DNA of 64,000 nucleotides. Source: a bacterium. GTDB taxonomy: Bacteria > Hydrothermota > DG-26 > JAUXAN01. The position numbers and the translations under genes were made by a program. Under the pieces are notes generated by a model. The model saw only the letters and a list, made by a program, of their open reading frames with translations. It was not told the DNA's origin and made no database searches. Position 1 is the stretch's first letter. Each line of letters begins with the position of its first letter. Where the stretch lies: positions 30,934 to 94,933 of the forward strand of contig JAUXAN010000002.1 in assembly GCA_030619885.1 (NCBI GenBank), read 5' to 3'. This document shows positions 47,712 to 57,852 of the stretch, one piece after another.

Positions 47712-47924
47712 CTAAAGACGGGGTACTACGAAGAAGAAAAATGAATGAATGGCAAGATAAATGAAGTAACCTACAATTAACCAAATGACCTGTGTTCTGT
47801 ATTTTCTTAACCTCAGATCGACTACATCCGACTTGAATACAAGTATCATACCAATTAGGAATAAGATACCTCCTACGATATATTGATAAAGAAGAGATAA
47901 AATTGTTGGTGTAGGCATATCCAC
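47712..47924 (-). CDS. Small 2-TM membrane protein upstream of the SSS transporter
   Basis: Two hydrophobic helices; position analogous to the small subunits often found with SSS permeases. Confidence 0.35.
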   Translation of the reverse strand: MDMPTPTILSLLYQYIVGGILFLIGMILVFKSDVVDLRLRKYRTQVIWLIVGYFIYLAIHSFFFFVVPRL

Positions 47925-47938
47925 CTCCTTATTTTTAA

Positions 47939-48785
47939 TTATTCTGTAACTCCATAGATCTTTATGAGATTTTTATTCAATTGAGATGAGATAATGAACT
48001 TATTCATCCTCGGTCCTATCACCTCCATTGTTTCCAGATACATCCTATCTTTAGTTACTTTAGGAGCTTTTTGATACTCCTTAAGGATTGCTACGAACCT
48101 ATTTGCTTCCCCGAGAGACCGATTTATCTTTTCCTCTTTATAGGCCTCTACTTCTTTCAATAACCTCACCATCTCCCCTCTGGCTTGTGACATAACTACA
48201 CTTTGTAATATTTCAATCCCGGTGAATACAATGAATAGTGTCACAATTATCGCAGCCAATGCATCAATACGAAGTCCTATAAGGTAGCCCACTAATCCTA
48301 TCAGAACTGCTATGGATTGAGTACATATCGGCTCGTGAATGATAACCATCTGCAATCAAACTGGGTGAATTTGTAGCTTTGCCTACATATATTTTATAAC
48401 GAGCAAGAAAGTAGGAGATGATTATTGATAGAAATGTTCCAAAGATCGCAACTGGTAAAATTCTAATTGCGACCCTTTGTCCTACTGTTGCTGTTTTAAA
48501 TACGGTGTAAGCAGCATACAAGATAAAAAAGGAGATTACTACAGAGACGATGTTTTCGATACTGGCTCTCCGAGAAGGGGTGGTAGTCTTTTTTTTAGGA
48601 ATCTTAACACCCAAAAAGACAAGCAGGGATACAAAGATATCCGAACAAGAATGGTATGCATCAGCCAGAAGTGCCAAACTACCAGAAAAGATAGCCAGTA
48701 GTACTTTCAGTAAGGCGAGGAAAACATTAATCCCAACAGATACTAAAGCCGCACCAGATTTTCTACCTATCCCTAAGTCTTTCAT
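47939..48785 (-). pseudogene. Cation diffusion facilitator (CDF) transporter split by a frameshift near 48264-48355
   Basis: ORF 48264..48785 carries the CDF TM1-4 region (LLADAYHSCSDIF...ADGYHSRADM) and then runs into nonsense; ORF 47939..48355 carries TM5-6 plus the C-terminal cytoplasmic domain in another frame. Confidence 0.5.
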
Positions 48786-48846
48786 TGCCTTTCATAAAGA
48801 TAAAGTAAGGAGGTCTTACATCTCAAAATTTTCTAACTAGTTAAAT

Positions 48847-49962
48847 TTATCTAACCGCCACCCCTAAGAGTTCCTCAGAAGGAATTCCTAATTCTCCATA
48901 GCGCTTGGGTTTGAAGCTAACGGGGAGCTTACCCTTCATAGTTTCCTTAGCTTCAAAGAATTTCAGCATCTTTTTGTCACCCGCTGGTCCTTCAGGATGA
49001 TCTGAGCCTCTCCACCACTCACCAGGCTTACCAATGATATTCTCCTTGGCTCGCTTCCAGATGTCCTTAGTAGATGGCACATCACGGGATACCCAACTGA
49101 GCTCCTTAGGTGTTAGTGTATACACTGTGTACCGCATCGGATACGAACAAATGGCAGGATGAACGATGTGGTAAACATCGTTCACTTTCTTATACCGTAA
49201 TCCAATATGACGATGGCCACCCATCACAAAGCTGACCTGCGGGTATTTATCAAAAATCGCTTGTACTTCTGCAGCGTTATCGACGACAAACTGTGCGTAT
49301 TCTTTCCATTTCATACTTTTATCGTCTTTGTGCCAGGCAACAAAACCATGATGAGTAAAAACGATCGTCAGTTTGTCGCGGTTGGAATAGAGATCTTGGT
49401 CTAACCACTTGACCTCAGCTCCTACTATATGACCGGCCCAGGTCCCGGGTACATTTGTGTCTAAACCAATTATATGCAGACCCGGTATTGGATCCAAACT
49501 CCACCAGAACTCCGGCCCTTCAAACCCATGTCCCTGAAAAGCCCAAACGAACGTAGATCTTGTCACTCCTCTTGCAGGTGGAGGACCAGGAAATTTCCTC
49601 GGCTTAGGTACAGGGCTCAAATCGTGGTTTCCCAACACGATATAATAAGGTGCCCTTAATTCATCCATAACAGTTTTAAGTATCTCCAGGTTCCACGGCT
49701 CTGCATCAAGGGTTAGGTCACCACATGCAACTACAAAGTCAAGATCCGGAATCTTATTAAATTCGTTTACTGCAGAACGAAGGAGATCGACACTTGAAAC
49801 TGTCATCTTGAATTCATCTTTTATACCTTCCACAGCCATTCCCATATGCATATCAGAAATAACCCCAAACTTTACTGCTTCAAAGCCATAGGAAGTGGTC
49901 CAAACAAAGACTACTACTAATACTGTAAGTAGTCCTATCAAAAGTCCTTTAGATCGTTTCAT
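48847..49962 (-). CDS. Secreted calcineurin-like metallophosphoesterase
   Basis: GDLTLD, VLGNHD and GHRH metallophosphatase motifs; signal peptide. Confidence 0.7.
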   Translation of the reverse strand: MKRSKGLLIGLLTVLVVVFVWTTSYGFEAVKFGVISDMHMGMAVEGIKDEFKMTVSSVDLLRSAVNEFNKIPDLDFVVACGDLTLDAEPWNLEILKTVMDELRAPYYIVLGNHDLSPVPKPRKFPGPPPARGVTRSTFVWAFQGHGFEGPEFWWSLDPIPGLHIIGLDTNVPGTWAGHIVGAEVKWLDQDLYSNRDKLTIVFTHHGFVAWHKDDKSMKWKEYAQFVVDNAAEVQAIFDKYPQVSFVMGGHRHIGLRYKKVNDVYHIVHPAICSYPMRYTVYTLTPKELSWVSRDVPSTKDIWKRAKENIIGKPGEWWRGSDHPEGPAGDKKMLKFFEAKETMKGKLPVSFKPKRYGELGIPSEELLGVAVR

Positions 49963-50120
49963 TTTTTCCCTCCTTGTTATTTGGGGGCAAAAAGAGAGAA
50001 CCCCCTTTCTAACCCTTTATACTCCTTTCTCTCTGTTAAACTGTAAAACCTCCTTGTCTGTTATACTGTAAGACCTCCTTACAAATTTTAGCAAGTAGCA
50101 AGTATAGGTAGGACCTATCC

Positions 50121-51185
50121 TCACTTAAACAACACTTCTGTCCTTATCTCAAATACATCATCAGGCTCTGGGGCAAAGTAAGCTCCATCATCGTCAGTGA
50201 TCATCCTGTTGTTGATCATAAACTTGAGGTTCTCGCCCAAATATAGGTTCACACCAACAGTAATAACAGTAGCAGGGTCAATGTCTTCAATATCAGGAGC
50301 ATAGGATGAGTAGTTGATAATAGGTTGGATTTTTAGGGTTCCTATTTCAAAAGCCTCTACAGATTTCTCGATGGTATAACCACCCATAATATGGAAACCA
50401 GTGTATTCTCCAGTGTATTTTCCCCCAGTTAATGTGTCTATTGCATTCGTTATTGTTCCATAATCACCAGCATCTCCCATATCGTATCCACCACGGATAT
50501 CAAGTCCAGCGCCTGTGTACCAAAAATCTACTCCAGATAGAGTACGCTCATCTATTGAATCTGTAGCAGCAGGCACATAAGCTTTTACGAGTTGTGTCCA
50601 ACCACCTATCAGTAGTCCTTTAGTGGGGGTAAGATTAGCCCTGCAACAAATATCGACTTCGCCATCAGGATTTTTCGCTATTCCAGAACCTTTGCCATTA
50701 GTTATCGAGACTATGTAGCCCAATTTAGACTCAGCCCCCAATTTAAAGGTTCCACTACCCTGTACTCCATAGTCAAAGAGGTCGCCTATCTCCCAAATCT
50801 TTCTTGTGATAGGGTTAATCCATACTGTCAATTGCTTGGGCGGCCAGGTCCAATAGACTTCTACATTTGATGGAACACAGAACTTACCAACCCTGAAATT
50901 GAAGTAGGGAGCCATGTATTTGATGTCAGCATAGGCGAACTTTACATCGAGTGCCTTGCCATCCTTTTCAAACGCTTGTTCCAGCCTATAAGCTAATTTA
51001 CCATCGGCCAAACTACCAGTGAAACGTAACCTCATTCTCCTGATACTGAAGGTCAAATTATCCTCAGTATACCTGATCTCTTGCTGAATATAGGACTGGG
51101 CGGCGTTTTCAAAGACTTTTGCTTGCAATGAAGCAAAAAATCCCAACATCATAACTCCTGCAATTACAAAGCAAACTCTCTTCAT
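50121..51185 (-). CDS. Putative outer-membrane beta-barrel/porin-like protein
   Basis: Signal peptide MKRVCFVIAGVMMLGFFASLQA; alternating amphipathic beta-strand pattern; no family recognised. Confidence 0.35.
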   Translation of the reverse strand: MKRVCFVIAGVMMLGFFASLQAKVFENAAQSYIQQEIRYTEDNLTFSIRRMRLRFTGSLADGKLAYRLEQAFEKDGKALDVKFAYADIKYMAPYFNFRVGKFCVPSNVEVYWTWPPKQLTVWINPITRKIWEIGDLFDYGVQGSGTFKLGAESKLGYIVSITNGKGSGIAKNPDGEVDICCRANLTPTKGLLIGGWTQLVKAYVPAATDSIDERTLSGVDFWYTGAGLDIRGGYDMGDAGDYGTITNAIDTLTGGKYTGEYTGFHIMGGYTIEKSVEAFEIGTLKIQPIINYSSYAPDIEDIDPATVITVGVNLYLGENLKFMINNRMITDDDGAYFAPEPDDVFEIRTEVLFK

Positions 51186-51945
51186 ATCCCCTCCTTATTG
51201 TTATTTATTTAAATTTTCTAAATTTTACCTCTTTTTAATGGCATAATTCGCCAGAGGAGAAAATTGTTTTAAGAACTACCCTGCGCATCATAAGACACAC
51301 AGGGCTGACTTAAACAGACCTTATAGGCCTCGCATAGAAAAAACCGGAGTTATAAATAAAAATACCCTCAACCCATAAGAGGATTGTGCAGGTAAAAAAC
51401 TCCGCTTTCTTCAGTTTAGATAGAGCAAACATAAGTTATACTTCAATTTCACCACAAAATTTCCATTTTGTCAAGACAAAAAAAGTAAGTATGTCACACT
51501 CGATTTTTTCTGACCACGCCCCACTTTATATGAATCCTTTTCTAAAATTAAAGGGGCTTTTTCACTTATGGGAAACTGATATACATCTTTTAGCCCCTTT
51601 TCAATCATACTTTTTATCTTCCACCTCCTTATATAAATTTTAAAATATATCTATAAAAAGCATAGTAAATAGAAATTTCTTGTCAAGTAAAAAAGTGAGT
51701 CCAGCTTTATTTTTTCTTCTATTATTTTTAAGCAGCCTTTCGTTCATAATCTTCAAAATCTTTTCTATGGCACTTTGGGTCTTGTCCTTACCAACTGCAA
51801 TTAGGGATGGGAAAAGAGCTATTGATTTATGAATCCAAGGATAGAAACTCTTTAGTTGGCCCTCTTTCTTAAAGCAAGCACTTTTCTCTACACTTTTCTC
51901 TTGACAAGATTTTTTATATCTAAAAAATAGGAATAGGATATAAAA

Positions 51946-52398
51946 ATGAAGAAATTTTTCAAGATTCTCTTAATTGTTGCAGTGGTAATATTTACATATT
52001 TTCTAATTCAGCATCTGATCGTAACCGATAAAGAGAAAATAGTGAAAGCAGTAAAGACCGGCAGAGAGGCTATCGAACAAAAAGATAAAGAACGGCTGAT
52101 AGATCTTTTCTCGAAAGATTATGAAGATGAAACTGGATTAACCTACGCCCAGATAGATTCCATCATAGATTGGAGTTTTGACTATTTTGACGACTTTGAC
52201 ATATTTCTAACTAAAGCAGAAGTAGAGATAGAAAAAGATAGGGGAGAGGCGGAATTTGGCGTAAAGGTCATTGGTAGAAAAGAAGAAGAACTATTCTTAT
52301 TGGCGGGCACCCTTACAGCCTTTGCGAAGGTTAAACTCGTCTTCAAAAAAGAAGAGAAGGCCTGGAGAGCAATAAGCGGAGACCTACCCTGGCCATAA
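51946..52398 (+). CDS. Hypothetical membrane-anchored protein
   Basis: N-terminal TM segment, charged remainder; promoter TTGACA-N17-AAAATA at 51897-51925. Confidence 0.3.
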   Translation: MKKFFKILLIVAVVIFTYFLIQHLIVTDKEKIVKAVKTGREAIEQKDKERLIDLFSKDYEDETGLTYAQIDSIIDWSFDYFDDFDIFLTKAEVEIEKDRGEAEFGVKVIGRKEEELFLLAGTLTAFAKVKLVFKKEEKAWRAISGDLPWP

Positions 52399-52539
52399 TA
52401 CAGATTGCGCTTTAATCTAAGAAATCCCAATACTACTAAATCCAAAGCAAATCCCAATCTCCAAATCCTAACAACCTAGGAAACAGTGCATCCTATCTCC
52501 TGTATACTGTATTCTGTATACTATACGCATTATTTGGCT

Positions 52540-53280
52540 TTATGGTTCTGGAATCGTCTTCATCTCCTTCCCAGTATGATAGATGAAGAATCTTTTTAAT
52601 AATTCCGTGATTTCACGACCCTGCTCTTTGCTGACCAAAAGATTTCTAACCCTATTCAACCCCAACTTCTTTAATTTCCTCAGAATCGTTAAACTTCCCC
52701 TACTCAAACAGAAAGTTTCACCTACTCCACAACTCGCACACAAAATACCACCACCCCCTATACTAAACGCTAAATTGTCAGTCTCACATTTACACTTGAT
52801 ACATTTTTTAAATTCAGGTTCATACCCTATATATCGCAAACCCTTAAGGAGATAAGTTAATAAAAATATTTGAAATTTATTTTTACTTGCTGTTTTTTCC
52901 ACAAGTTCAAGAGTTTCAAGGGTTAACTTGTAAAGGTCTGGATTTCTACTCTCTTTTGGTTTTGCCAGGTTCAGAAATTCGAGGACTGGGATGGCGTAGG
53001 TGAATGATTCGAGGTTGTTTTTTAATTTTGTAAAGGGATGTATTACATTACTTTCAGAAATGATATAAAGGTCTTTTCCTTCTCTCTTATAGAAGATGAT
53101 ATTGCAGTTTGTAAAAAGTTCCAAAGAGGAGCCGAATCTGCTCTTTGGACTTCTTATGCCCTTTGCTACGACCTTTATTTTACCGAATTTCTCTGAAAAT
53201 AGCGTGATTATTCTACTCGTCTCCCTGAATCGTTGGGTCTTTATAACTATTGCCTCTGTCTTTTGAATATTTGCCATCAT
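52540..53280 (-). CDS. recO: DNA repair protein RecO
   Basis: N-terminal OB fold (EAIVIKTQRFRETSRIITLFSEKFGKI), C-terminal CIKCKCE...CASCG zinc motif. Confidence 0.8.
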   Translation of the reverse strand: MMANIQKTEAIVIKTQRFRETSRIITLFSEKFGKIKVVAKGIRSPKSRFGSSLELFTNCNIIFYKREGKDLYIISESNVIHPFTKLKNNLESFTYAIPVLEFLNLAKPKESRNPDLYKLTLETLELVEKTASKNKFQIFLLTYLLKGLRYIGYEPEFKKCIKCKCETDNLAFSIGGGGILCASCGVGETFCLSRGSLTILRKLKKLGLNRVRNLLVSKEQGREITELLKRFFIYHTGKEMKTIPEP

Positions 53281-53704
53281 CCTACCTTGGTACTGTCAAA
53301 AAACCACAGATAAACACTGTGAAGAAACTTTTCCCATCTCTCAAGTAATCCACAACCCATTCCCCACAAGCCGATACTTTATATTTTATTACAAATTACT
53401 TTAAATTCATCCCATTACTGATAAAAACATTGTATCTTATTGGCATTAAAGAGGTTCTTGTTGTAAGAGTCCATCTTTTGAATTGACAAATTTCTCAATG
53501 GGGACCATGGAGCCTGCGTAGTGGAGTTCTTCTGTCCAGGATTCATAGACCTATGCGATCTGTGGGGATTTTCCCCCTAGAATAGCACTCATTATCTTCT
53601 GGGATAGGGTCTGATAGCTTCGCATATTGACAGATTTTACATAAATAGGGGGGTGGGTCTCATTGAACTCATCTATCATATCATTATATAATTGAAATCC
53701 ACGA

Positions 53705-53790
53705 CAGATTGTCAAGGAAAAAGACCCACGAATCACATTCACCCCGCACTTATGCATAAGTGCGGGGCAGGTTAATCGAATGCACACGAA
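53705..53790. repeat. Intergenic repeat element B: minus-strand TTGACA + CCCACGAATCACATTCACCCC + perfect 13-bp-stem palindrome CCCCGCACTTATG/CATAAGTGCGGGG + CAGGTTAATCGAAT
   Basis: Homologous arms to element A at 24166-24262; hairpin at 53742-53767. Confidence 0.55.
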
Positions 53791-53983
53791 TAATATAAAA
53801 ACTTTTCAAAAAGAAGAATAAAAAGATTCGTGAAATTTTCAAGTTTGTGAACATTCGTGTTTATACTTTCATTATGAAAAGAGACCATTTATACGGTGCA
53901 GAGATACTCCCAAAAAATCATTAGTTTACATAAGATATATTATCAGACACAAACTCTTCCTCTTTCTGTGGGTAAAAATTTCT

Positions 53984-54493
53984 TCACCATTCTTCGGAGG
54001 CTTCGATTATTGCAAGATATAGCCCTCTAACTCTCCTCACATATCTCCTTGCCAACTTTTGGCTGTAGCTTGCATATTTCAGTTCCAATTTTTCTAATGT
54101 ATTTTTCGATAATTTTTGTCTTCTCGTCTGAGAAATTTCTGGCACTTCCCAGTGACACTCCAGTCTGAGGGTACATGTTCCCCCTCCTATGTATTTCATA
54201 ATGCGAGCCACAAGCCATGATTTTCTCTTCCCCTTTGGTTCTGTAAGGATGAGACCGTAATATGCCCTTCCCTCACCGGTTCTGATTTTAGATTTTTGGG
54301 ATGTCTCAATAGTATACCTTCCAAGTCGTTTTTCGACGAGTGAAAATAATTTTTTAAAACTTGTCTCGATCTCGTCGTTTCCTCCATATGTATAATATCC
54401 TGTTTCTGCAGGGGCTTCGGTAGGGGATTTTATTGCTGGTACACAGCATAATAGAAGGAGTAATACTGAAGAGAGTAATTTTATATTCTTCAT
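53984..54493 (-). CDS. Hypothetical secreted protein/lipoprotein
   Basis: Signal peptide with LLLCC lipobox-like Cys; minus-strand promoter TTGACA at 54528-54533. Confidence 0.3.
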   Translation of the reverse strand: MKNIKLLSSVLLLLLCCVPAIKSPTEAPAETGYYTYGGNDEIETSFKKLFSLVEKRLGRYTIETSQKSKIRTGEGRAYYGLILTEPKGKRKSWLVARIMKYIGGGTCTLRLECHWEVPEISQTRRQKLSKNTLEKLELKYASYSQKLARRYVRRVRGLYLAIIEASEEW

Positions 54494-54597
54494 ACACTTA
54501 TTTTTAAAATAATAGAAAAACTTGTCAAGAGAAAAATTGAGAGGGCTTTTGGCTGTTTTCTACTTGACTGGAATTGAGTCTTATGTAAAATAATAAT

Positions 54598-55497
54598 ATG
54601 GATGCTGAATCCTATAGAAGATTTTTGATTCCCGGTGTCCTGTCCAAACTGAAAGGGATGGAGTTGAAAGCAAAGTTGGTCGTCGAAGGTTTTCTAACGG
54701 GACTTCATCATAGTCCCTATAAGGGTTTCTCTGTGGAGTTTGTAGAACATAGACCATATATGCCTGGAGATGAGATCAAGAGGATCGACTGGAAGATATT
54801 TGGAAAGACAGACAGGTTTTATATTAAAGAGTTTGAGGAGGAGACAAATTTAAAGGCTTATATCTTCCTCGACGCGAGTGGCTCGATGAGATATACTTCT
54901 ACTAAACTCACAAAACTCGAGTATGGATCTTACCTGTCTGCATCTCTTGTATATCTTTTGCTCCGTCAAAAAGATTCTGTGGGGTTGTGCATATTCGATA
55001 ATAAGATACGGAAGTATATCGCTCCTAAATCTTCGCCCCGACATTTGCACATCATTTTAAAAGAACTCGATGAAATCAAACCAGGTGGCGAAACGGATTT
55101 GGGTTCAACCTTTCATCAGATAGCAGAACGGATAAAACGGAGAGGGTTGATTATTATTATATCAGATCTGTTTGATGAACCATCCAGGGTACTTTTAGGT
55201 CTGAAACATTTCAGACATAGAAAGAACGAAGTAATAGTTTTCCATATATTAGATCCTGCAGAGATACATCTACCTTCAGTACAGCCCTGTATCTTAAAAG
55301 ACCTCGAATCGAAAGAAGAATTACAGATTGAGCCAAAAACTGCAGTTTTGGAGTATGAGAAAAATTTTAAAGTTTTTGTGGAGAGATATAGGAGAGAATG
55401 TAGAGAAAATTTAATAGATTATATACCCTTAAATACATTGACCCCCTTCGATTATGCACTTCTTTCCTACCTCGGTAAGAGGAAAAGATTATTTTAA
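54598..55497 (+). CDS. DUF58 domain protein (vWA-like, usually MoxR-associated)
   Basis: RPYMPGDEIKRIDWKIFGKTDRFYIKEFEEE...LDASGSM DUF58 signature; near-leaderless TTGACT-N16-TAAAAT promoter. Confidence 0.7.
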   Translation: MDAESYRRFLIPGVLSKLKGMELKAKLVVEGFLTGLHHSPYKGFSVEFVEHRPYMPGDEIKRIDWKIFGKTDRFYIKEFEEETNLKAYIFLDASGSMRYTSTKLTKLEYGSYLSASLVYLLLRQKDSVGLCIFDNKIRKYIAPKSSPRHLHIILKELDEIKPGGETDLGSTFHQIAERIKRRGLIIIISDLFDEPSRVLLGLKHFRHRKNEVIVFHILDPAEIHLPSVQPCILKDLESKEELQIEPKTAVLEYEKNFKVFVERYRRECRENLIDYIPLNTLTPFDYALLSYLGKRKRLF

Positions 55498-56508
55498 TGC
55501 TTTTATTACCTCTTTTGGAATTTCCGTCAATTTCACTACTTTATCCACACAGCCTGTGGAAATAGCTGCATTGGGCATTCCAAATACCACACAAGTTGAT
55601 CTGTCTTCTGCTATCGTCTTCCCCCCTACCTCTTTTATCCTCTTCATGCCTACACTCCCATCTTTTCCCATTCCTGTCAAAATGACACCTATGCTATTTT
55701 CACCATATACTTCTGCAATGGATTCCATCATCGTATCTACCGATGGTCTCACTCCATGTCGTGGTGGATCTTCTGTAAGCACAACTTTTCTCTGAGGTGA
55801 TATTTTGAGGTGTATACCACCGGGGGCAATCAGCACTTCTCCATCGTTTACAGTATCATCTTCTGATGCTTCTTTTATCTCAAGTCCGCATATAGAATTG
55901 AGCCTTGATGCAAAAGGTGCTGTGAAGTCTGCAGAGATGTGCTGAACGACTACAACCCCTGCGGGCAGGTTCTTTGGAAGGGCAGGTAGTATGGTTGAAA
56001 GTGCTTTGGGCCCTCCTGTCGATGAACCGATAGCAACAATTTTTCCTCTCTTTACCTTTGAGAGTAACGCCTTCTTTATTTCCTTTGGCTTCTCTTTTAT
56101 TAAATGCTCCAATTCAATCTTTACTGCAATTCTGATCTTTGACACGAGTTCTTCCTTTATTTTATGAATATTTAAAGAGACAGGGCCATCAGGTTTAGCA
56201 ACAAAATCCACTGCACCAGATTCTAAAGACTCGATAGTAGCCTCTGCCCCCTTCTGGGTATACGCACTCACCATAACCACAGGGGTGGGAAAGTCGTTCA
56301 TAATCCTCTTGAGAGTATGCAGTCCATCCATTCCTGGCATAGCTACATCCAGGGTTATAACATCCGGTCTGTACTCTCTTACCTTATCGAGCGCTTCATA
56401 ACCATTCTTTGCTGTAGCGGTTACCTGCAAGTCATCAGATTCATTCAGCATATCGGACAAGAACTGTCGCATGAATGCGGAGTCATCAACGACTAAAATA
56501 CGAATCAT
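55489..56508 (-). CDS. cheB: Chemotaxis response regulator protein-glutamate methylesterase
   Basis: N-terminal REC (VVDDSAFMR...DVAMPGMDG) plus C-terminal GSSTGGP/VVQHI/GMGKDG methylesterase. Confidence 0.9.
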   Translation of the reverse strand: MIRILVVDDSAFMRQFLSDMLNESDDLQVTATAKNGYEALDKVREYRPDVITLDVAMPGMDGLHTLKRIMNDFPTPVVMVSAYTQKGAEATIESLESGAVDFVAKPDGPVSLNIHKIKEELVSKIRIAVKIELEHLIKEKPKEIKKALLSKVKRGKIVAIGSSTGGPKALSTILPALPKNLPAGVVVVQHISADFTAPFASRLNSICGLEIKEASEDDTVNDGEVLIAPGGIHLKISPQRKVVLTEDPPRHGVRPSVDTMMESIAEVYGENSIGVILTGMGKDGSVGMKRIKEVGGKTIAEDRSTCVVFGMPNAAISTGCVDKVVKLTEIPKEVIKALK

Positions 56509-56990
56509 ATCCTCTTCTCCCCCGTCCTGTAAGATCTTACAATGACTTCACCTGTTTCTAAAAGAAGTCTTACAGACCTACCATAGTTTGCACCTGTATC
56601 CTCAGCTACGATTTTTATCTTGGTGGCATTTAAGACAGATTTTGCTGCTTCAACATTTTTAGAACCCATCGTCTGTGACGACTCTTCCTTCCCAGAGGTT
56701 GAAAACATATTTGCTCCACCTACTACTTTCGCAACAAAATTTTTTCTCTCTCCCCCAAGATATACCATCTCATCACACATATCTGATATGGCAGTTTGGG
56801 GAAATTTCGCTCGGTTAGTTGTCTCTTTTGAATAAGACTGATCAGGTAGCATTATATGAGCGAGACCGCCCACTCTCTTTTCGGGATCGTAAAGTGTAAC
56901 CGCTACACACGAGCCCAGTCCAAAAGTGGTGAGAGTATCCGAAGTTCTCCCAACCTTGAAATCTGCAATCTTTACCTTTATCTCACTCAT
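56505..56990 (-). CDS. cheD: Chemoreceptor glutamine deamidase CheD
   Basis: GLGSCVAVTLYDPEKRVGGLAHIMLP. Confidence 0.85.
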   Translation of the reverse strand: MSEIKVKIADFKVGRTSDTLTTFGLGSCVAVTLYDPEKRVGGLAHIMLPDQSYSKETTNRAKFPQTAISDMCDEMVYLGGERKNFVAKVVGGANMFSTSGKEESSQTMGSKNVEAAKSVLNATKIKIVAEDTGANYGRSVRLLLETGEVIVRSYRTGEKRI

Positions 56991-57808
56991 AATTTCTGGT
57001 ATATTCTTTCTTTAACATTTACGGGTTGAAAGAGTTTCCTTACATCACCCAGCATCCCTTCAACCTTGCCTAAAATCACATATCCTCCTGTTTTAAGCCT
57101 TTCGTAGAATTTAGAGAAGAGGTCATTCTGAAAATCTTTTGTAAAATATATAAGAACATTTCTACAGAGGATGAGGTCTAAATTTCTCAAATCCGGATCA
57201 TCATAAAACAGATCTTCACATCTGAATTCAACAATATTTTTGATTGTATTGGAGATCTTATATTTATGGTTTATACTGAAATATTTTTTGATATATTGAG
57301 ACGGACACCCTTTCAAAGAGAGCTCATCATATATCCCATTTTTAGCCTTCAGTATAGATTTTTTGTCAAGATCGGTGGCGTATATCTTGAGTTGAAATCT
57401 GTATCCCGGCAGATTTTTCAAACACTCAACTATCATAATAGCAATTGAATAAGCTTCTTCACCACTACTGCACCCGGCGCTCCATACCTTGAGAAGTGAT
57501 TCATTTTTTTCATTTTTTGATTGAAAGATGCGTGGGAGAACAGAACTTTCTATAGCATCAAAGGTCTCTCTATTCCTGAAAAACTCGGTAACATTTACAG
57601 TAAGAGCTTCAAACAGTTTTTCATATTCGTCGGCTTTGCTATTGAGTAGTTTGATATAATCTTCGTATGTTTTGACTTTATTCGCCCTCATCCTGACGGC
57701 TATTCTTCTCTTCAATGGTCTGATTTTATATCTACTGAAGTCAAAGCCCGTATCTTTATAAATTTTTGCTTTTAATACCTCGAAATATTCGTCTCCCATT
57801 TGCCCCAA
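56987..57808 (-). CDS. cheR: Chemotaxis protein methyltransferase CheR
   Basis: N-terminal all-alpha domain plus SAM-MTase VWSAGCSSGEEAYSIAI and ILCRNVLIYF. Confidence 0.9.
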   Translation of the reverse strand: MGQMGDEYFEVLKAKIYKDTGFDFSRYKIRPLKRRIAVRMRANKVKTYEDYIKLLNSKADEYEKLFEALTVNVTEFFRNRETFDAIESSVLPRIFQSKNEKNESLLKVWSAGCSSGEEAYSIAIMIVECLKNLPGYRFQLKIYATDLDKKSILKAKNGIYDELSLKGCPSQYIKKYFSINHKYKISNTIKNIVEFRCEDLFYDDPDLRNLDLILCRNVLIYFTKDFQNDLFSKFYERLKTGGYVILGKVEGMLGDVRKLFQPVNVKERIYQKL

Positions 57809-57852
57809 AATTCAGTAACAAAGCAATTCTCTTTTCTTTGTATAACTGTTTT

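Noticed and set aside
53551-53787. 78-aa minus-strand ORF in the recO-upstream gap
   Set aside because: It overlaps repeat element B and its hairpin, has no SD or family resemblance and starts inside a palindrome. It is likely spurious.
2491-54533. Recurring CTTGTCAAG(T/A)AAAAA motif, found at about 10 intergenic sites
   Set aside because: It first looked like a novel dispersed repeat. It is simply the reverse complement of a sigma70 -35 box (TTGACA) with a T-rich UP element for minus-strand genes. Each instance sits 50-150 nt upstream of a minus-strand start codon, so it is reported as promoters rather than a repeat family.
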